Virus record (IMG/VR): IMGVR_UViG_3300045988_049952
Coordinates: 1-43,093 of that record
DNA from: a virus
Direction: 5' to 3' (one strand)
Length of the DNA: 43,093 nt
Below the pieces are notes generated by a model. It was given only the letters and a program-made list of their open reading frames with translations. It was not told the origin of the DNA and searched no databases. How positions within the stretch are numbered: position 1 is the stretch's first letter; each line of letters begins with the position of its first letter. Of the stretch, positions 27,165 through 35,499 are shown piece by piece. The translations under genes were made by a program, and so were the position numbers.

Positions 27165-28684
27165 GCATCAACGTCACCTCCTGCGGCGGCCTCCATGACC
27201 TCATCGATTGTCATCGTCACGCCGTCCCGCTCTACGGTAACGGTCTGCTTACCGCTGGTCTCGATGTACCGACGGATGATGGCGTCAACGTAGCGCGGAT
27301 CAAGCTCCGTGCTGTAGCAGATGCGCCCGGTCATCTCCGCTGCGATCAGCGTCGAGCCGCTGCCGCCGAAGAAGTCAATCACGAGGTCGCCCGCCTCCGT
27401 GCTGTTGGTAATCGCACGAATCGGAAGCTCTACGGGCTTCTGCGTCGGGTGTACGGTCTTGCTCTCGCGTGAGACCTCCCCGACGGTATTCTCACGGCTC
27501 TCTTGATAAAGACAAATGCTGCGCCCCTCGCTCAACCTTACATAGCGCACCTTCTTGCCCTTTGGCATCTTGTCCGTGAGGTAGAGCTTGTTGCCCGTGC
27601 CATCCGTCAGAACCACACCGCCCGTGAGCGTTGTCGCCATGCCATCTGCACCGCGCAGGACGACGTTCCATGTCGTACGCTGCGCACGGTCGCCGCACCA
27701 TTTTGCCTGTTGCCCCGCTTTCTCGGCGTAGAAGCACGGCTCATGCGCCCACTGATAGTCAGCGTGCCCGAGGACGGGCGCGTTCTTGACCCAGATGATG
27801 TACTGCTTCTCCATGATGCCCGCTGCAATCATGGCGTCCTCGAAGTCGCGGCGCGTACTCGATGCATGCCAGATATAGAAAGCTGCATCATCAACCGTGC
27901 TGCGCATGTAGTTTTTGAATGCCGGGATGAGCAGCTCTGTCATCAGATCGTCGTGCGTCTTGTCGTCGTTGGCGATCATGTCAAACCTTCCGCTCTGCGT
28001 CTTGTAGCTAACGCCATACGGCGGGTCTGTGTGTACGAGCTGCGCCTTGTGCCCGTCCATCAGTCGATCGATCGTCGCCGTATCTGTTGCGCTACCGCAG
28101 ACGAGGCGATGATTCCCGAGGTGCCACAGGTCCCCGAGCTGGGAGAACGGCTTGTAGTCATCATCTACCCCCGGCTCTGCGTCTGCCTTATCGTCAACGG
28201 AATCATCCGCGCCCTCCATCGAGGCGATGATCTTCTGCAGGTCTTCCTCCGTGAATCCGGTCAGCTCCACAGGTACGATGCCCGTATCCATCTCCTCTAC
28301 CATGTCCATCAGCTTACCCATATCGAGGTCGGCGAGCTCTGCGATGCGGTTGTCTGCGATGAGGTCAGCGTGCTCCTCCTCCTCGCTCGCGTAGTCTTGA
28401 TACTCCACGGGAGCGGACTTCCACCCCTTTGCCTCTGCCGCCATCCTGCGTCCGTGCCCTTTCGTAATAAGCCCGCTGCGCTTGCTGACGGTGATCGGTG
28501 CGCGCCATCCTGTCGCTTGGATGATGTCGCCGAGCAGACGCACCTGCTTCTTGTTGTGGCTGTTCGGGTTGCCGGGATTCGGTCGAATATCCCTAATCGC
28601 AGCGATTTCATCATACGCACAGAACACCGGCACGCCGTCAGCAGTCGTGCCGCGTGGCTCTGCGGGTGACTTGTAGTCGATCAA
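27161..28684 (-). CDS. ParB-like N-terminal domain fused to a DNA methyltransferase (N6-adenine/N4-cytosine, beta class)
   Basis: ParB-N-like N-terminus. MTase motif IV DPPY (LVHTDPPYGV) and C-terminal motif I FFGGSGST. GAGGAGG RBS. Confidence 0.75.
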   Translation of the reverse strand: MIDYKSPAEPRGTTADGVPVFCAYDEIAAIRDIRPNPGNPNSHNKKQVRLLGDIIQATGWRAPITVSKRSGLITKGHGRRMAAEAKGWKSAPVEYQDYASEEEEHADLIADNRIAELADLDMGKLMDMVEEMDTGIVPVELTGFTEEDLQKIIASMEGADDSVDDKADAEPGVDDDYKPFSQLGDLWHLGNHRLVCGSATDTATIDRLMDGHKAQLVHTDPPYGVSYKTQSGRFDMIANDDKTHDDLMTELLIPAFKNYMRSTVDDAAFYIWHASSTRRDFEDAMIAAGIMEKQYIIWVKNAPVLGHADYQWAHEPCFYAEKAGQQAKWCGDRAQRTTWNVVLRGADGMATTLTGGVVLTDGTGNKLYLTDKMPKGKKVRYVRLSEGRSICLYQESRENTVGEVSRESKTVHPTQKPVELPIRAITNSTEAGDLVIDFFGGSGSTLIAAEMTGRICYSTELDPRYVDAIIRRYIETSGKQTVTVERDGVTMTIDEVMEAAAGGDVDA

Positions 28685-28711
28685 TCTTCCGCCTCCTCTC
28701 TCTTTCTTGCA

Positions 28712-28752
28712 AATAAAAAGCCCTCCGCCGATACGGCGAGGACTGCTTGCGC
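28712..28752 (-). terminator. Hairpin (CCTCGCCG-TATCGG-CGGAGGGC) plus T5ATTT on the minus strand, downstream of the late-activator gene
   Basis: Near-perfect inverted repeat followed by a T-run. It lies only about 28 nt upstream of the MTase RBS, so it may sit in the late leader instead. Confidence 0.5.
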
Positions 28753-28794
28753 TCTATGCAATTTTCGACATTACAATCATACCACGTTTGCCAG

Positions 28795-28860
28795 CGAAAA
28801 ACGCGCAGAAAGTGCGCAAAAATCTCGCAAAGAATGCGCAAAAAACGCGCAAAGATTTTA
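28795..28860 (-). promoter_or_regulatory. Five phased TTTGCGC repeats (10-12 bp spacing) plus TGGTATGAT extended -10-like element: candidate late promoter / activator binding array
   Basis: Repeat starts at about 28802, 28813, 28825, 28835 and 28846. On the minus strand a TGGTATGAT element lies just downstream of the repeats. Located between the ArpU-like gene and the packaging genes. Confidence 0.5.
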
Positions 28861-28869
28861 GGCTTCAAG

Positions 28870-29397
28870 TTATCCACAGTTTTCCAGAAACACGAAGTCA
28901 AGGCTGCGCTGACCCTCCACGGCTTCTGGGAACAGCGTCTTTGTGAGCACTGTGATCGCCTCCCGGGCGAGGTACTGACAGCTGCGCTCGCTGTAGCCTG
29001 TCGCCTGTGCCACCTGATACCACCGCTCCCCGTCCACGAACTTCCTACAGAGGATCGTGCGGTGTGCATCGCTCATCAGCTGGAGTGCATTGTCAATCCG
29101 CCGCAGGAGCGTCTGGATGCGGATGTAGTTCTCGCGCAGGATCGGCAGACGCTCTTCGAGCTTCATGCGTCGGACGACGGCACGCTCGACCTCGGATAAC
29201 TCATCGTACCCGCCGACGGGTGCATCGCCATATTTCGATATTTTCGCATCCCCAATGCTGCGAATTTGCTCTTCCACGCCTTCGATCTCGATGCGAAGGC
29301 TGGCGAGCTGCCCCTTGAACTGGTGATAGTTCCGGAGATATCCGTATACCGTCTTTTCGTAATCGTTGTAACTGTGCACCTGCTGCCCTCCGCTCAA
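28870..29397 (-). CDS. ArpU/RinA-family late transcriptional activator (sigma-70 region 4-like)
   Basis: 175 aa with C-terminal HTH ...YSERSCQYLAREAITVL. Canonical position upstream of the terminase genes. Confidence 0.55.
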   Translation of the reverse strand: MSGGQQVHSYNDYEKTVYGYLRNYHQFKGQLASLRIEIEGVEEQIRSIGDAKISKYGDAPVGGYDELSEVERAVVRRMKLEERLPILRENYIRIQTLLRRIDNALQLMSDAHRTILCRKFVDGERWYQVAQATGYSERSCQYLAREAITVLTKTLFPEAVEGQRSLDFVFLENCG

Positions 29398-29453
29398 TAA
29401 CGAGATAGAGAGCGCGAATCGCTCCGCGCTCTATTTACCTACAGATCATCGTT

Positions 29454-29599
29454 TATTTCTTCTGCTTCGCTTTCAACGCCTTAATCCGCGCTTCCTGAAG
29501 TTGATCGGGGTCTACAATTGTTGTGTGACCACCGCCACCTCCGCTTCCGCCAATACCTATAAGCAGAAAGCAAACGGCTATCACGATGAATATCTCCAT
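29454..29599 (-). CDS. Small membrane peptide (48 aa, Gly-rich), not in the ORF track
   Basis: MEIFIVIAVCFLLIGIGGSGGGGGHTT... Starts 5 nt after the RusA stop. Confidence 0.3.
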
Positions 29600-29604
29600 A
29601 TCGC

Positions 29605-30030
29605 TCACCCATCCAGCTCCCGCATCATGATCTCGATCCTCGGTCGCTCATCGTACCATTTCCCGAGCACTCCGTATCCGACGATCTGACTGTCGTCCTT
29701 GTACCACACGCCCTTGAGTGCATCCTCCACGCCCTTCAGGACGTTCGATACGTCGGGCTTCGTTACTGGCCGCAATGTCCCTGCCTTCGCCGCCTCACGC
29801 TTGTATTTCGGCAACCCTTTTGGTATGGCGCGATAGATACGCAGGGAGAACTCGATTGCGCCCTCTACGGGTGAATCTGGGGCGTGCTGCGCTGCGATCA
29901 TCCGCACGTAGCTCTTGTAGTCACGGCTCTTTGCTGGGTCATACGCCTTGACGAATCCGCCCTGCCGGGAAAAGCGCGGGCGCCCCTGCGCGACCGGATC
30001 ACCGAGGACGACAGCGGTATAGGTGCTCAA
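29605..30030 (-). CDS. rusA: RusA-family Holliday junction resolvase
   Basis: Motifs VSNVLKGVEDALKGVWYKDDSQIVGY with catalytic Asp residues. Confidence 0.8.
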   Translation of the reverse strand: MSTYTAVVLGDPVAQGRPRFSRQGGFVKAYDPAKSRDYKSYVRMIAAQHAPDSPVEGAIEFSLRIYRAIPKGLPKYKREAAKAGTLRPVTKPDVSNVLKGVEDALKGVWYKDDSQIVGYGVLGKWYDERPRIEIMMRELDG

Positions 30031-30440
30031 AATGGTATATCAGAGTCGGCTACCGCTCTGCTCCCATCAAACATGCCCTGCTGCTCGGGCGGTGCTGCTG
30101 GACTTGTGCTGGCGTTCTGTCCGCCGCCCTTGTTGTCGCAGAACTCCATGCTCTGGACGACGACCTCCGTCGCATAGCGTTTCGTCCCGTCCTTGGCGTC
30201 GTAGCTGCGCGTCTGAATGCGCCCCTCGACGGCGATCTTACGTCCCTTCCCCGTGTACTGGCTGATTACCTCGGCGGTCTTCTCCCACGCGACGCAGGGG
30301 ATGAAGTCCGCCTGCTGGTTGCCGTCCGAGCTCTTTCGGCGGTCAATCGCCAGCGTGAATCTCGCACACGACTTTCCACTCTGTGTGTATCGCACCTCCG
30401 GATCGCGTGTCAGGCGTCCAATTCCTACGAAGTGGTTCAT
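30027..30440 (-). CDS. ssb: Single-stranded DNA-binding protein
   Basis: OB-fold MNHFVGIGRLTRDPEVRYTQSGKSCARFTLA... and acidic C-terminal tail DSDIPF. Confidence 0.9.
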   Translation of the reverse strand: MNHFVGIGRLTRDPEVRYTQSGKSCARFTLAIDRRKSSDGNQQADFIPCVAWEKTAEVISQYTGKGRKIAVEGRIQTRSYDAKDGTKRYATEVVVQSMEFCDNKGGGQNASTSPAAPPEQQGMFDGSRAVADSDIPF

Positions 30441-30451
30441 TTGGATTCCTC

Positions 30452-30646
30452 CTATCGTTTGTTGAACCATTCTCGCGTCATGCAGCAGAGGCTATCTTCA
30501 GCCGATTCGGCGATCCTACCTAACGCAGCAATCCCACCGAGAAAATATGATAAAGGACATATCAGAAGAATCACGATGAAGAAAAGCACCTTCTGCCAAA
30601 AGCACCACTCTGTCCACAATTTCCAGCAGTGTTTGATCTCGCTCAT
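30452..30646 (-). CDS. Small membrane protein
   Basis: 64 aa with central TM segment FFIVILLICPLSYFLGGIAALG. Confidence 0.4.
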   Translation of the reverse strand: MSEIKHCWKLWTEWCFWQKVLFFIVILLICPLSYFLGGIAALGRIAESAEDSLCCMTREWFNKR

Positions 30647-31116
30647 TTGGAGCCCTCCTCCGGAAATTTCATAAACACCATCCAGATTGTCTTACCCCTC
30701 CGGTTTCCGAACAGCGGCTGCACTGGAAGTAGTTTCAGAACATCTGCTGTGCTGATCTGATCTTCCGACCATTTGAAGATCAACACACCGTAATCTTTCA
30801 GGACGCGCATGCACTCCTCGAATCCTCGGCGCAGATCATCCTGCCATGTGCTTTCGAGCACACCGTACTTGATGCCGAGCCATGAACTCTTTCCAGCTCT
30901 GCACAGGTGCGGCGGGTCAAATACGACAAGACGGAAACTCTCGTCGGGAAATGGAATCTCTCGGAAGTCCGCGATCAGATCGGGCTTGACCTCGAACCGT
31001 CGGCCATCACACAACGTTTTGGCAAAGCTGCGATTGTCCATGAACACGGTTGCAGGATGCTCCTTGTCAAACCAGAACATTCGAGAGCCGCAGCATGCGT
31101 CAAGTATTTGTTTCAT
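30643..31116 (-). CDS. Small SAM-dependent methyltransferase (putative DNA MTase, DPPH motif)
   Basis: 157 aa with motif VVFDPPHL and an upstream MFWFDK nucleotide-binding-like segment. Confidence 0.5.
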   Translation of the reverse strand: MKQILDACCGSRMFWFDKEHPATVFMDNRSFAKTLCDGRRFEVKPDLIADFREIPFPDESFRLVVFDPPHLCRAGKSSWLGIKYGVLESTWQDDLRRGFEECMRVLKDYGVLIFKWSEDQISTADVLKLLPVQPLFGNRRGKTIWMVFMKFPEEGSK

Positions 31117-32086
31117 TGCTCACCTCCACAATCCTACGTATCACATAATCCGCGCACGGCTGCGCCATCCCATTACCTAACGCCTTATAACGCGCCGTAT
31201 CGCTCCCGCCCTCGGTGTATCCGTCAGGCAGTCCCTGCAAGCGTTCGCACTCGGTCAGCGCAAGTCTGCGCACCTTTCCTTCCGTGAGTACGACGGGGAC
31301 TTGATTCCCGCCTGTTCCCATGCGTGCGTTGAGTGTCTGGATAATGCCGTCTTTGACGGGACGCATGACTTCATCCGCATGTGTCATGTCGTAGACTGCA
31401 ATTCGAGCGCAATTCTCAGCTCCTCCGGCAGCTTCTTCCCGCGCTCCCTTGCTCTCCGCAGAATTCCAAGGCACGCCCTCTGACTCAAATAGTATTTCTC
31501 CTGCACATCTTGCATCGGCTGCAAAATCTGCGACAAGGAAGATTCGACGGCGGCGTTGGGGCACTCCCCAATATTGTGCGTCCAATACCCTCCATGCGAT
31601 TTCAGCTCCGGGGAATTGCACCAATCCAGCGGGAGCCCATCGATTACCTTGAGGCATTGGAATTTCACTTTCTCCGATTTCTTCGAGCACGGCTTGAAAA
31701 TCCATCCCGCGGTTGGATGAAAAAGCACCGGAGACGTTCTCCCACACAAAGAATCTCGGATACTCTCCTGCGCTGCACTCTCGCATCCGTCGAACAATGT
31801 TAATTGCTGTTCGGAATAAGCCACTGCGTTCACCACATAGCCCCTTTCTTTTTCCTGCGATGGATAAGTCCTGACACGGACTGCCCGCGCAGATGATGTC
31901 AACAGGCTCGATCTTATCAGGGTCAATCTTCGTGATGTCACCGAGCTGCTGCACGTCAGGAAAATGCCGCGCGGTCACCGAGCACGGGAACGGCTCGATC
32001 TCGCTTGCCCATACAGGCGTAACCCCCGCATGACGCGCCGCCAGTAACCACCCTCCGATTCCGTCAAACAAGCTGCCGAGCGTCAT
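31100..32086 (-). CDS. dcm: DNA (cytosine-5)-methyltransferase
   Basis: Motif I LFDGIGG, motif IV GSPCQDLS, motif VI ENV and motif VIII QRRRR. Confidence 0.85.
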   Translation of the reverse strand: MTLGSLFDGIGGWLLAARHAGVTPVWASEIEPFPCSVTARHFPDVQQLGDITKIDPDKIEPVDIICAGSPCQDLSIAGKRKGLCGERSGLFRTAINIVRRMRECSAGEYPRFFVWENVSGAFSSNRGMDFQAVLEEIGESEIPMPQGNRWAPAGLVQFPGAEIAWRVLDAQYWGVPQRRRRIFLVADFAADARCAGEILFESEGVPWNSAESKGAREEAAGGAENCARIAVYDMTHADEVMRPVKDGIIQTLNARMGTGGNQVPVVLTEGKVRRLALTECERLQGLPDGYTEGGSDTARYKALGNGMAQPCADYVIRRIVEVSNETNT

Positions 32087-32427
32087 GATCGCACCTCCTC
32101 GACATACTCATGCTTCTGCGCGTCGTAGAAAAACACGGGGATGCCGTTGTGCCGCGCACATGTGAGTTCGATTACGCATCCCTTGCTGGCGCGGTAGTCC
32201 CCTGCCATCGTGACACCATCACACCGCGTCAAAAGCTCGAGGCAGTAGCCCATGATCTTGTCATACTCCATCCCCGCCAGCGCCTTGAAGTTTGCCAGCG
32301 GATTGACGTAGATTACACGCGGATGTTTCTCCTGCAGCTCTCTCTGGATTGCCTCTGCCGCTGCTCGGTTCTTCTCCTCGTCCCCCGTAAAGAGATGGGA
32401 CAGATAGTGCATCAACATTATTTTCAC
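32083..32427 (-). CDS. DUF4406 / nucleoside 2-deoxyribosyltransferase-like protein
   Basis: N-terminus MKIMLMHYLSHLFTGDEEKNRAAAE...VIYVNP fits the DUF4406 pattern. Its first 167 nt overlap the HNH ORF 3' tail in another frame. Confidence 0.5.
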   Translation of the reverse strand: MKIMLMHYLSHLFTGDEEKNRAAAEAIQRELQEKHPRVIYVNPLANFKALAGMEYDKIMGYCLELLTRCDGVTMAGDYRASKGCVIELTCARHNGIPVFFYDAQKHEYVEEVRS

Positions 32428-32857
32428 GCTCCTCGAAATAGAATTTGACAGGTCTGCCCGTGATCTGAATCAATCCATATGCCAACGCGAGGCGAAACGT
32501 CAGGAGCTTTTCGAGCCGTCCAACGATAAGTCCCAGCTGTTCACGCACCCCCTCAACGCTCATGGTCGACTTGTAGAAATTACACGAGCGGCACGCGGGG
32601 CGGTAGTTTTCGATCTCATCCTCGCCCCCGAGATAGACCGCCTGTACATGGTCGACCTGCATTTCTGTGATGTCGATCTCCCTGCCGCAATAGGCGCAGT
32701 GACCGCCGTACATCGCGTATACCTGCGCCCGCATCTCCTTCGACAGGGCTTTCCGTCGCCGCGCCCCTGTGATTTTGTGCCTTGTCTCCCGCATCACATT
32801 CCCGATTGCCTCCCGCGCCGTCGGGTCGGGCTTCTTACAGGGCGTATACTCGTCCAT
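32261..32857 (-). CDS. HNH endonuclease
   Basis: HNH motif HCAYCGREI...DHVQAV...N...CRSCN. The C-terminal about 70 aa (low complexity) overlaps the downstream gene. Confidence 0.7.
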   Translation of the reverse strand: MDEYTPCKKPDPTAREAIGNVMRETRHKITGARRRKALSKEMRAQVYAMYGGHCAYCGREIDITEMQVDHVQAVYLGGEDEIENYRPACRSCNFYKSTMSVEGVREQLGLIVGRLEKLLTFRLALAYGLIQITGRPVKFYFEERENNVDALSVPSLYGGRGEEPSSGRGNPERAAGETSACNLRQSAGKLQGAGGDGV

Positions 32858-33035
32858 CCTTCCCCCTCCTCACCAAGAGCAACGTATCATGTTCATTGAG
32901 TTTCTTGATTTCCTCGACAAGGTCTGTCGCTTCCTGTCCGTCCATGTACAGGATTGACTCCTTCGTAGAGTCGTACCCGAGTTCATGCAAGAACTTGAGT
33001 ATAACCGTAGCTTGTTCCTCCGTCGCATAAGCCAT
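32835..33035 (-). CDS. Hypothetical small acidic protein
   Basis: 66-aa ORF with an upstream RBS. Confidence 0.35.
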   Translation of the reverse strand: MAYATEEQATVILKFLHELGYDSTKESILYMDGQEATDLVEEIKKLNEHDTLLLVRRGKDGRVYAL

Positions 33036-33047
33036 GTTGCCGCCTCC

Positions 33048-33476
33048 TCAGTCGATGCCGAAGTACCCGCGCTCACGATTCTTCTCGTTCACGCGCCGAT
33101 GCAGTTCGCCGCGTGCCTCCTCATCCCAGCCCCAAGCATCCAGCCACGAGACACACACATGGATAACGTCCGTAAGCTCCATGCTCAATCTTTTCTTTAC
33201 ATCCACCAATCCATATTTATCATGGTCTACTGTCCCATCTTCATCTGCATTCTCTTCGAGAATCACCGCCTCCTGGATTGCCTCGTTTGTCTCCTCCGAG
33301 AGCTTCGCAATCCACTCCACCGTACCTGCGTTCCGAAACCTCGTGCACGGCTGCGGCTTTGTCATATTGGACTCTTTCCTGTTGTCGCATTCTTCCAACA
33401 AGCCTTTCAAGCGCTTGTTCTCATCTTCCAGTTCATGTACCCTTTCTGCCATCTGCGTTATCCACTTCAAATCCAT
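33048..33476 (-). CDS. MazG-like nucleotide pyrophosphohydrolase
   Basis: C-terminal MazG helices ...EEARGELHRRVNEKNRERGYF. GGAGAGGAG RBS before MDLKWITQ. The longer ORF upstream is arginine-rich noncoding-like. Confidence 0.6.
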   Translation of the reverse strand: MDLKWITQMAERVHELEDENKRLKGLLEECDNRKESNMTKPQPCTRFRNAGTVEWIAKLSEETNEAIQEAVILEENADEDGTVDHDKYGLVDVKKRLSMELTDVIHVCVSWLDAWGWDEEARGELHRRVNEKNRERGYFGID

Positions 33477-33501
33477 CTCAGCACGCTCCTCTCCGAATCG
33501 C

Positions 33502-33714
33502 TCACTTTTCTTGTTCTCGCAACCATTCCTCGTGTTCCTTCTCGAGGTGCTCCTCGTATTCCTTATCGTATTGCTCGTATTCCTCTCCCTCCTCCCTCTG
33601 GTATCGCTTGTTATCCCAAAAGCAATCTTCGCAGACAACCCCATATACACTGCTCGGCTCTAATTCCCGCTCAGGCACATACCTTCTGCAGCAGCCACAT
33701 CTTTCAAGCCCCAT
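33502..33714 (-). CDS. Small Cys-rich (zinc-finger-like) acidic protein
   Basis: 70 aa, CGCC...C..C then an E/K-rich tail. Confidence 0.4.
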   Translation of the reverse strand: MGLERCGCCRRYVPERELEPSSVYGVVCEDCFWDNKRYQREEGEEYEQYDKEYEEHLEKEHEEWLREQEK

Positions 33715-33715
33715 C

Positions 33716-34777
33716 TCAGCACGCTCCTTTCATGCGCCAGTCGGCGGCCTGAATGTTGACCGGTACTGTCATCTCTGAGAGCCGGCTCACGATGCGCCTC
33801 CCGAATACTGCCTCTAACTCCTTGCCTCCGCAGTTGGTCGTGATGACCGTGGGGAGCATGTGCTCGTATCGGTGATTGATCAGCACGTAGATCAGCTCCG
33901 GCACCCACGGTTTTGGATCCTCAGCGCCGAGATCGTCAAGGACAAGTACCGCTGCATCTTTTGCTGCTTTCAAAAGCTCATCTGCCTTGCCATCCCGGAG
34001 GCTGAAACTTGCCCGCATTTTAGCGAGCAGGTCAGGGACCACCACGAACATTCCTGGGATCCCCGCCTCTGCGATTTCGCGCAGAATCGACACCGCTAGG
34101 TGTGTCTTTCCGGTTCCGCATCCCCCTTTCAGGAGAATGCCCGGCGTCTTTGGATCGATCTTGACGCTCTCACAAAACCGCTTGCACGCTATGAATGCAT
34201 GTCTTGTTTCGGGCGTCTGGCGAAACGTCGCGAAGCTGCGCGACCGGAACCGCTCACCAATGCCGCTGCTTCCCATGAGTTTCGCGATCCGCTTCTGCTC
34301 CTGCTGCGCTTTGTGTTTAGGGCAAGCCGGGACGCAGGAGAGAAATGCGTTGTGGTATCTGAGATTCTGGAACTCCTGCCCGTTGTATCTGCACTCATGG
34401 CAATCATCCACGCGATACGGGCAAGCTGCACAAGCCGCATCATGCGCTTGCTTGATCTGCTCCGCCTCTGCTGCCAGGAGGAGGGCTCGTCCGCTGCGGA
34501 TCGCCTCTCTCGGTGCTCCAATCGTCCGCAGAATCTCTTTCCTCCGGGGGCGTGCTGCCCAGATCATCTGAGCCTCTCTTGACCGTATCTCCGTCAAGGT
34601 ATGCAGCATACGCGGATTTCTCCGCGCCATCTCCTGCCATGTGCTCTTGACCGCTCTTAATGCCATATTGTGTCCCGCCTTTCTTTCGCTCCGCCTTGAA
34701 ACCGTCCCGCTTCCAGCGCTCGAGAATCGCCGTGATATAGCGCAGACTGCGCCCGTTGGAGAGGGCTGCCTCCTCAA
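33716..34777 (-). CDS. DnaC/IstB-like helicase loader ATPase
   Basis: Walker A GGCGTGKTHLA and Walker B VLVLDDLG. N-terminal Cys-rich region. The N-terminal extent is uncertain and overlaps the upstream gene. Confidence 0.8.
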   Translation of the reverse strand: MRRQPSPTGAVCAISRRFSSAGSGTVSRRSERKAGHNMALRAVKSTWQEMARRNPRMLHTLTEIRSREAQMIWAARPRRKEILRTIGAPREAIRSGRALLLAAEAEQIKQAHDAACAACPYRVDDCHECRYNGQEFQNLRYHNAFLSCVPACPKHKAQQEQKRIAKLMGSSGIGERFRSRSFATFRQTPETRHAFIACKRFCESVKIDPKTPGILLKGGCGTGKTHLAVSILREIAEAGIPGMFVVVPDLLAKMRASFSLRDGKADELLKAAKDAAVLVLDDLGAEDPKPWVPELIYVLINHRYEHMLPTVITTNCGGKELEAVFGRRIVSRLSEMTVPVNIQAADWRMKGAC

Positions 34778-35495
34778 TTGCCGAGGTCACCCAATGCGCC
34801 CCATATTCATCCGTGAGGTCTGTGAGCTTATCTCGCTCAATCTCTCCTGTGACGGGATGGATATTGTCAGAGAATGCTCGGAATACTGCTCCATGATCCG
34901 GTCCGTCTTGATCTTGAGGATCATCGCGCGTGTGCGCGTTAGCTGCAGCAGCATATATCCTATCCTTACCTATCCTATCCTTACCTATCCTATGCGGTCC
35001 CATTTGCGTCCCGTGGTTGTCCGTTGGTTGTCCATGGGACGTCCCATCCGTGTCCCGTGGTTGTCCCGTGGTTGACATCTGGTCGTCCACGGGTTGTCCG
35101 TCCTCTGTCCCGTGGTCGTCCTCTGCAATGTCAGGACGCACTCGGTCAGCCCTCTGACGCGGCTCCAGTAGCGGAGTTTCGGGCATGACCTGAAGGAGCA
35201 AATCCTTATAGATGCTGTTGACTTTTCGGTCTGCCCGTATCTTATTGTTCTCCTGCCAGTCGAGGATGTAGGTCACGAGATCCTCATTGAGAACTTTCAC
35301 GAATCCCTTTGCGGCCAGAAGTCTGAGATCATCCTCCGAGGCATTGACCATCTGCATGATCGGATATGCCTCGACGATACCGTCATCATCCGCTGCCATA
35401 CCGAGGTGGAAATAAAGCGCCTGTGTGGACCCAGGCATGCGGAGGAATCGGGCAGAACCGATGATCCTCTTAGAGAACATTCTGCGTTCTGCCAT
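34440..35495 (-). CDS. Phage replisome organizer (DnaD-domain-like) with internal repetitive linker
   Basis: N-terminal replisome-organizer-like region. The C-terminal segment RSLRYITAILERWKRDG is DnaD-like. The central region is encoded by DNA iterons. Confidence 0.55.
   Translation of the reverse strand: MAERRMFSKRIIGSARFLRMPGSTQALYFHLGMAADDDGIVEAYPIMQMVNASEDDLRLLAAKGFVKVLNEDLVTYILDWQENNKIRADRKVNSIYKDLLLQVMPETPLLEPRQRADRVRPDIAEDDHGTEDGQPVDDQMSTTGQPRDTDGTSHGQPTDNHGTQMGPHRIGKDRIGKDRIYAAAANAHTRDDPQDQDGPDHGAVFRAFSDNIHPVTGEIERDKLTDLTDEYGAHWVTSAIEEAALSNGRSLRYITAILERWKRDGFKAERKKGGTQYGIKSGQEHMAGDGAEKSAYAAYLDGDTVKRGSDDLGSTPPEERDSADDWSTERGDPQRTSPPPGSRGGADQASA
34958..35122. repeat. Origin-like iterons inside the replisome organizer gene: 15-bp TATCCTATCCTTACC x2.6 and about 6 copies of GTCCCGTGGTTG (one inverted, GTCCACGGGTTG)
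   Basis: Direct and inverted short repeats seen in the sequence. The arrangement is analogous to lambda O ori iterons. Confidence 0.6.
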
Positions 35496-35499
35496 TTCC

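Noticed and set aside
32083-33476. Z-genome (aminoadenine) or other base-hypermodification cluster suggested by MazG plus a deoxyribosyltransferase-like gene
   Set aside because: No PurZ or DatZ is present, and no thymidylate-synthase-like hydroxymethylase, DpdA or queuosine genes. The evidence is insufficient.
33048-33650. Longer 200-aa ORF for the MazG-like gene
   Set aside because: The N-terminal 58 aa are Arg/Thr/Asn-rich, noncoding-like, and overlap the upstream Cys-rich gene. An internal start with a GGAGAGGAG RBS (MDLKWITQ) is preferred.
34958-35122. Short tandem repeats as a possible CRISPR array
   Set aside because: The repeats are 11-15 bp with no unique spacers. They lie inside a coding sequence and encode a repetitive peptide linker, so they are iterons rather than CRISPR.
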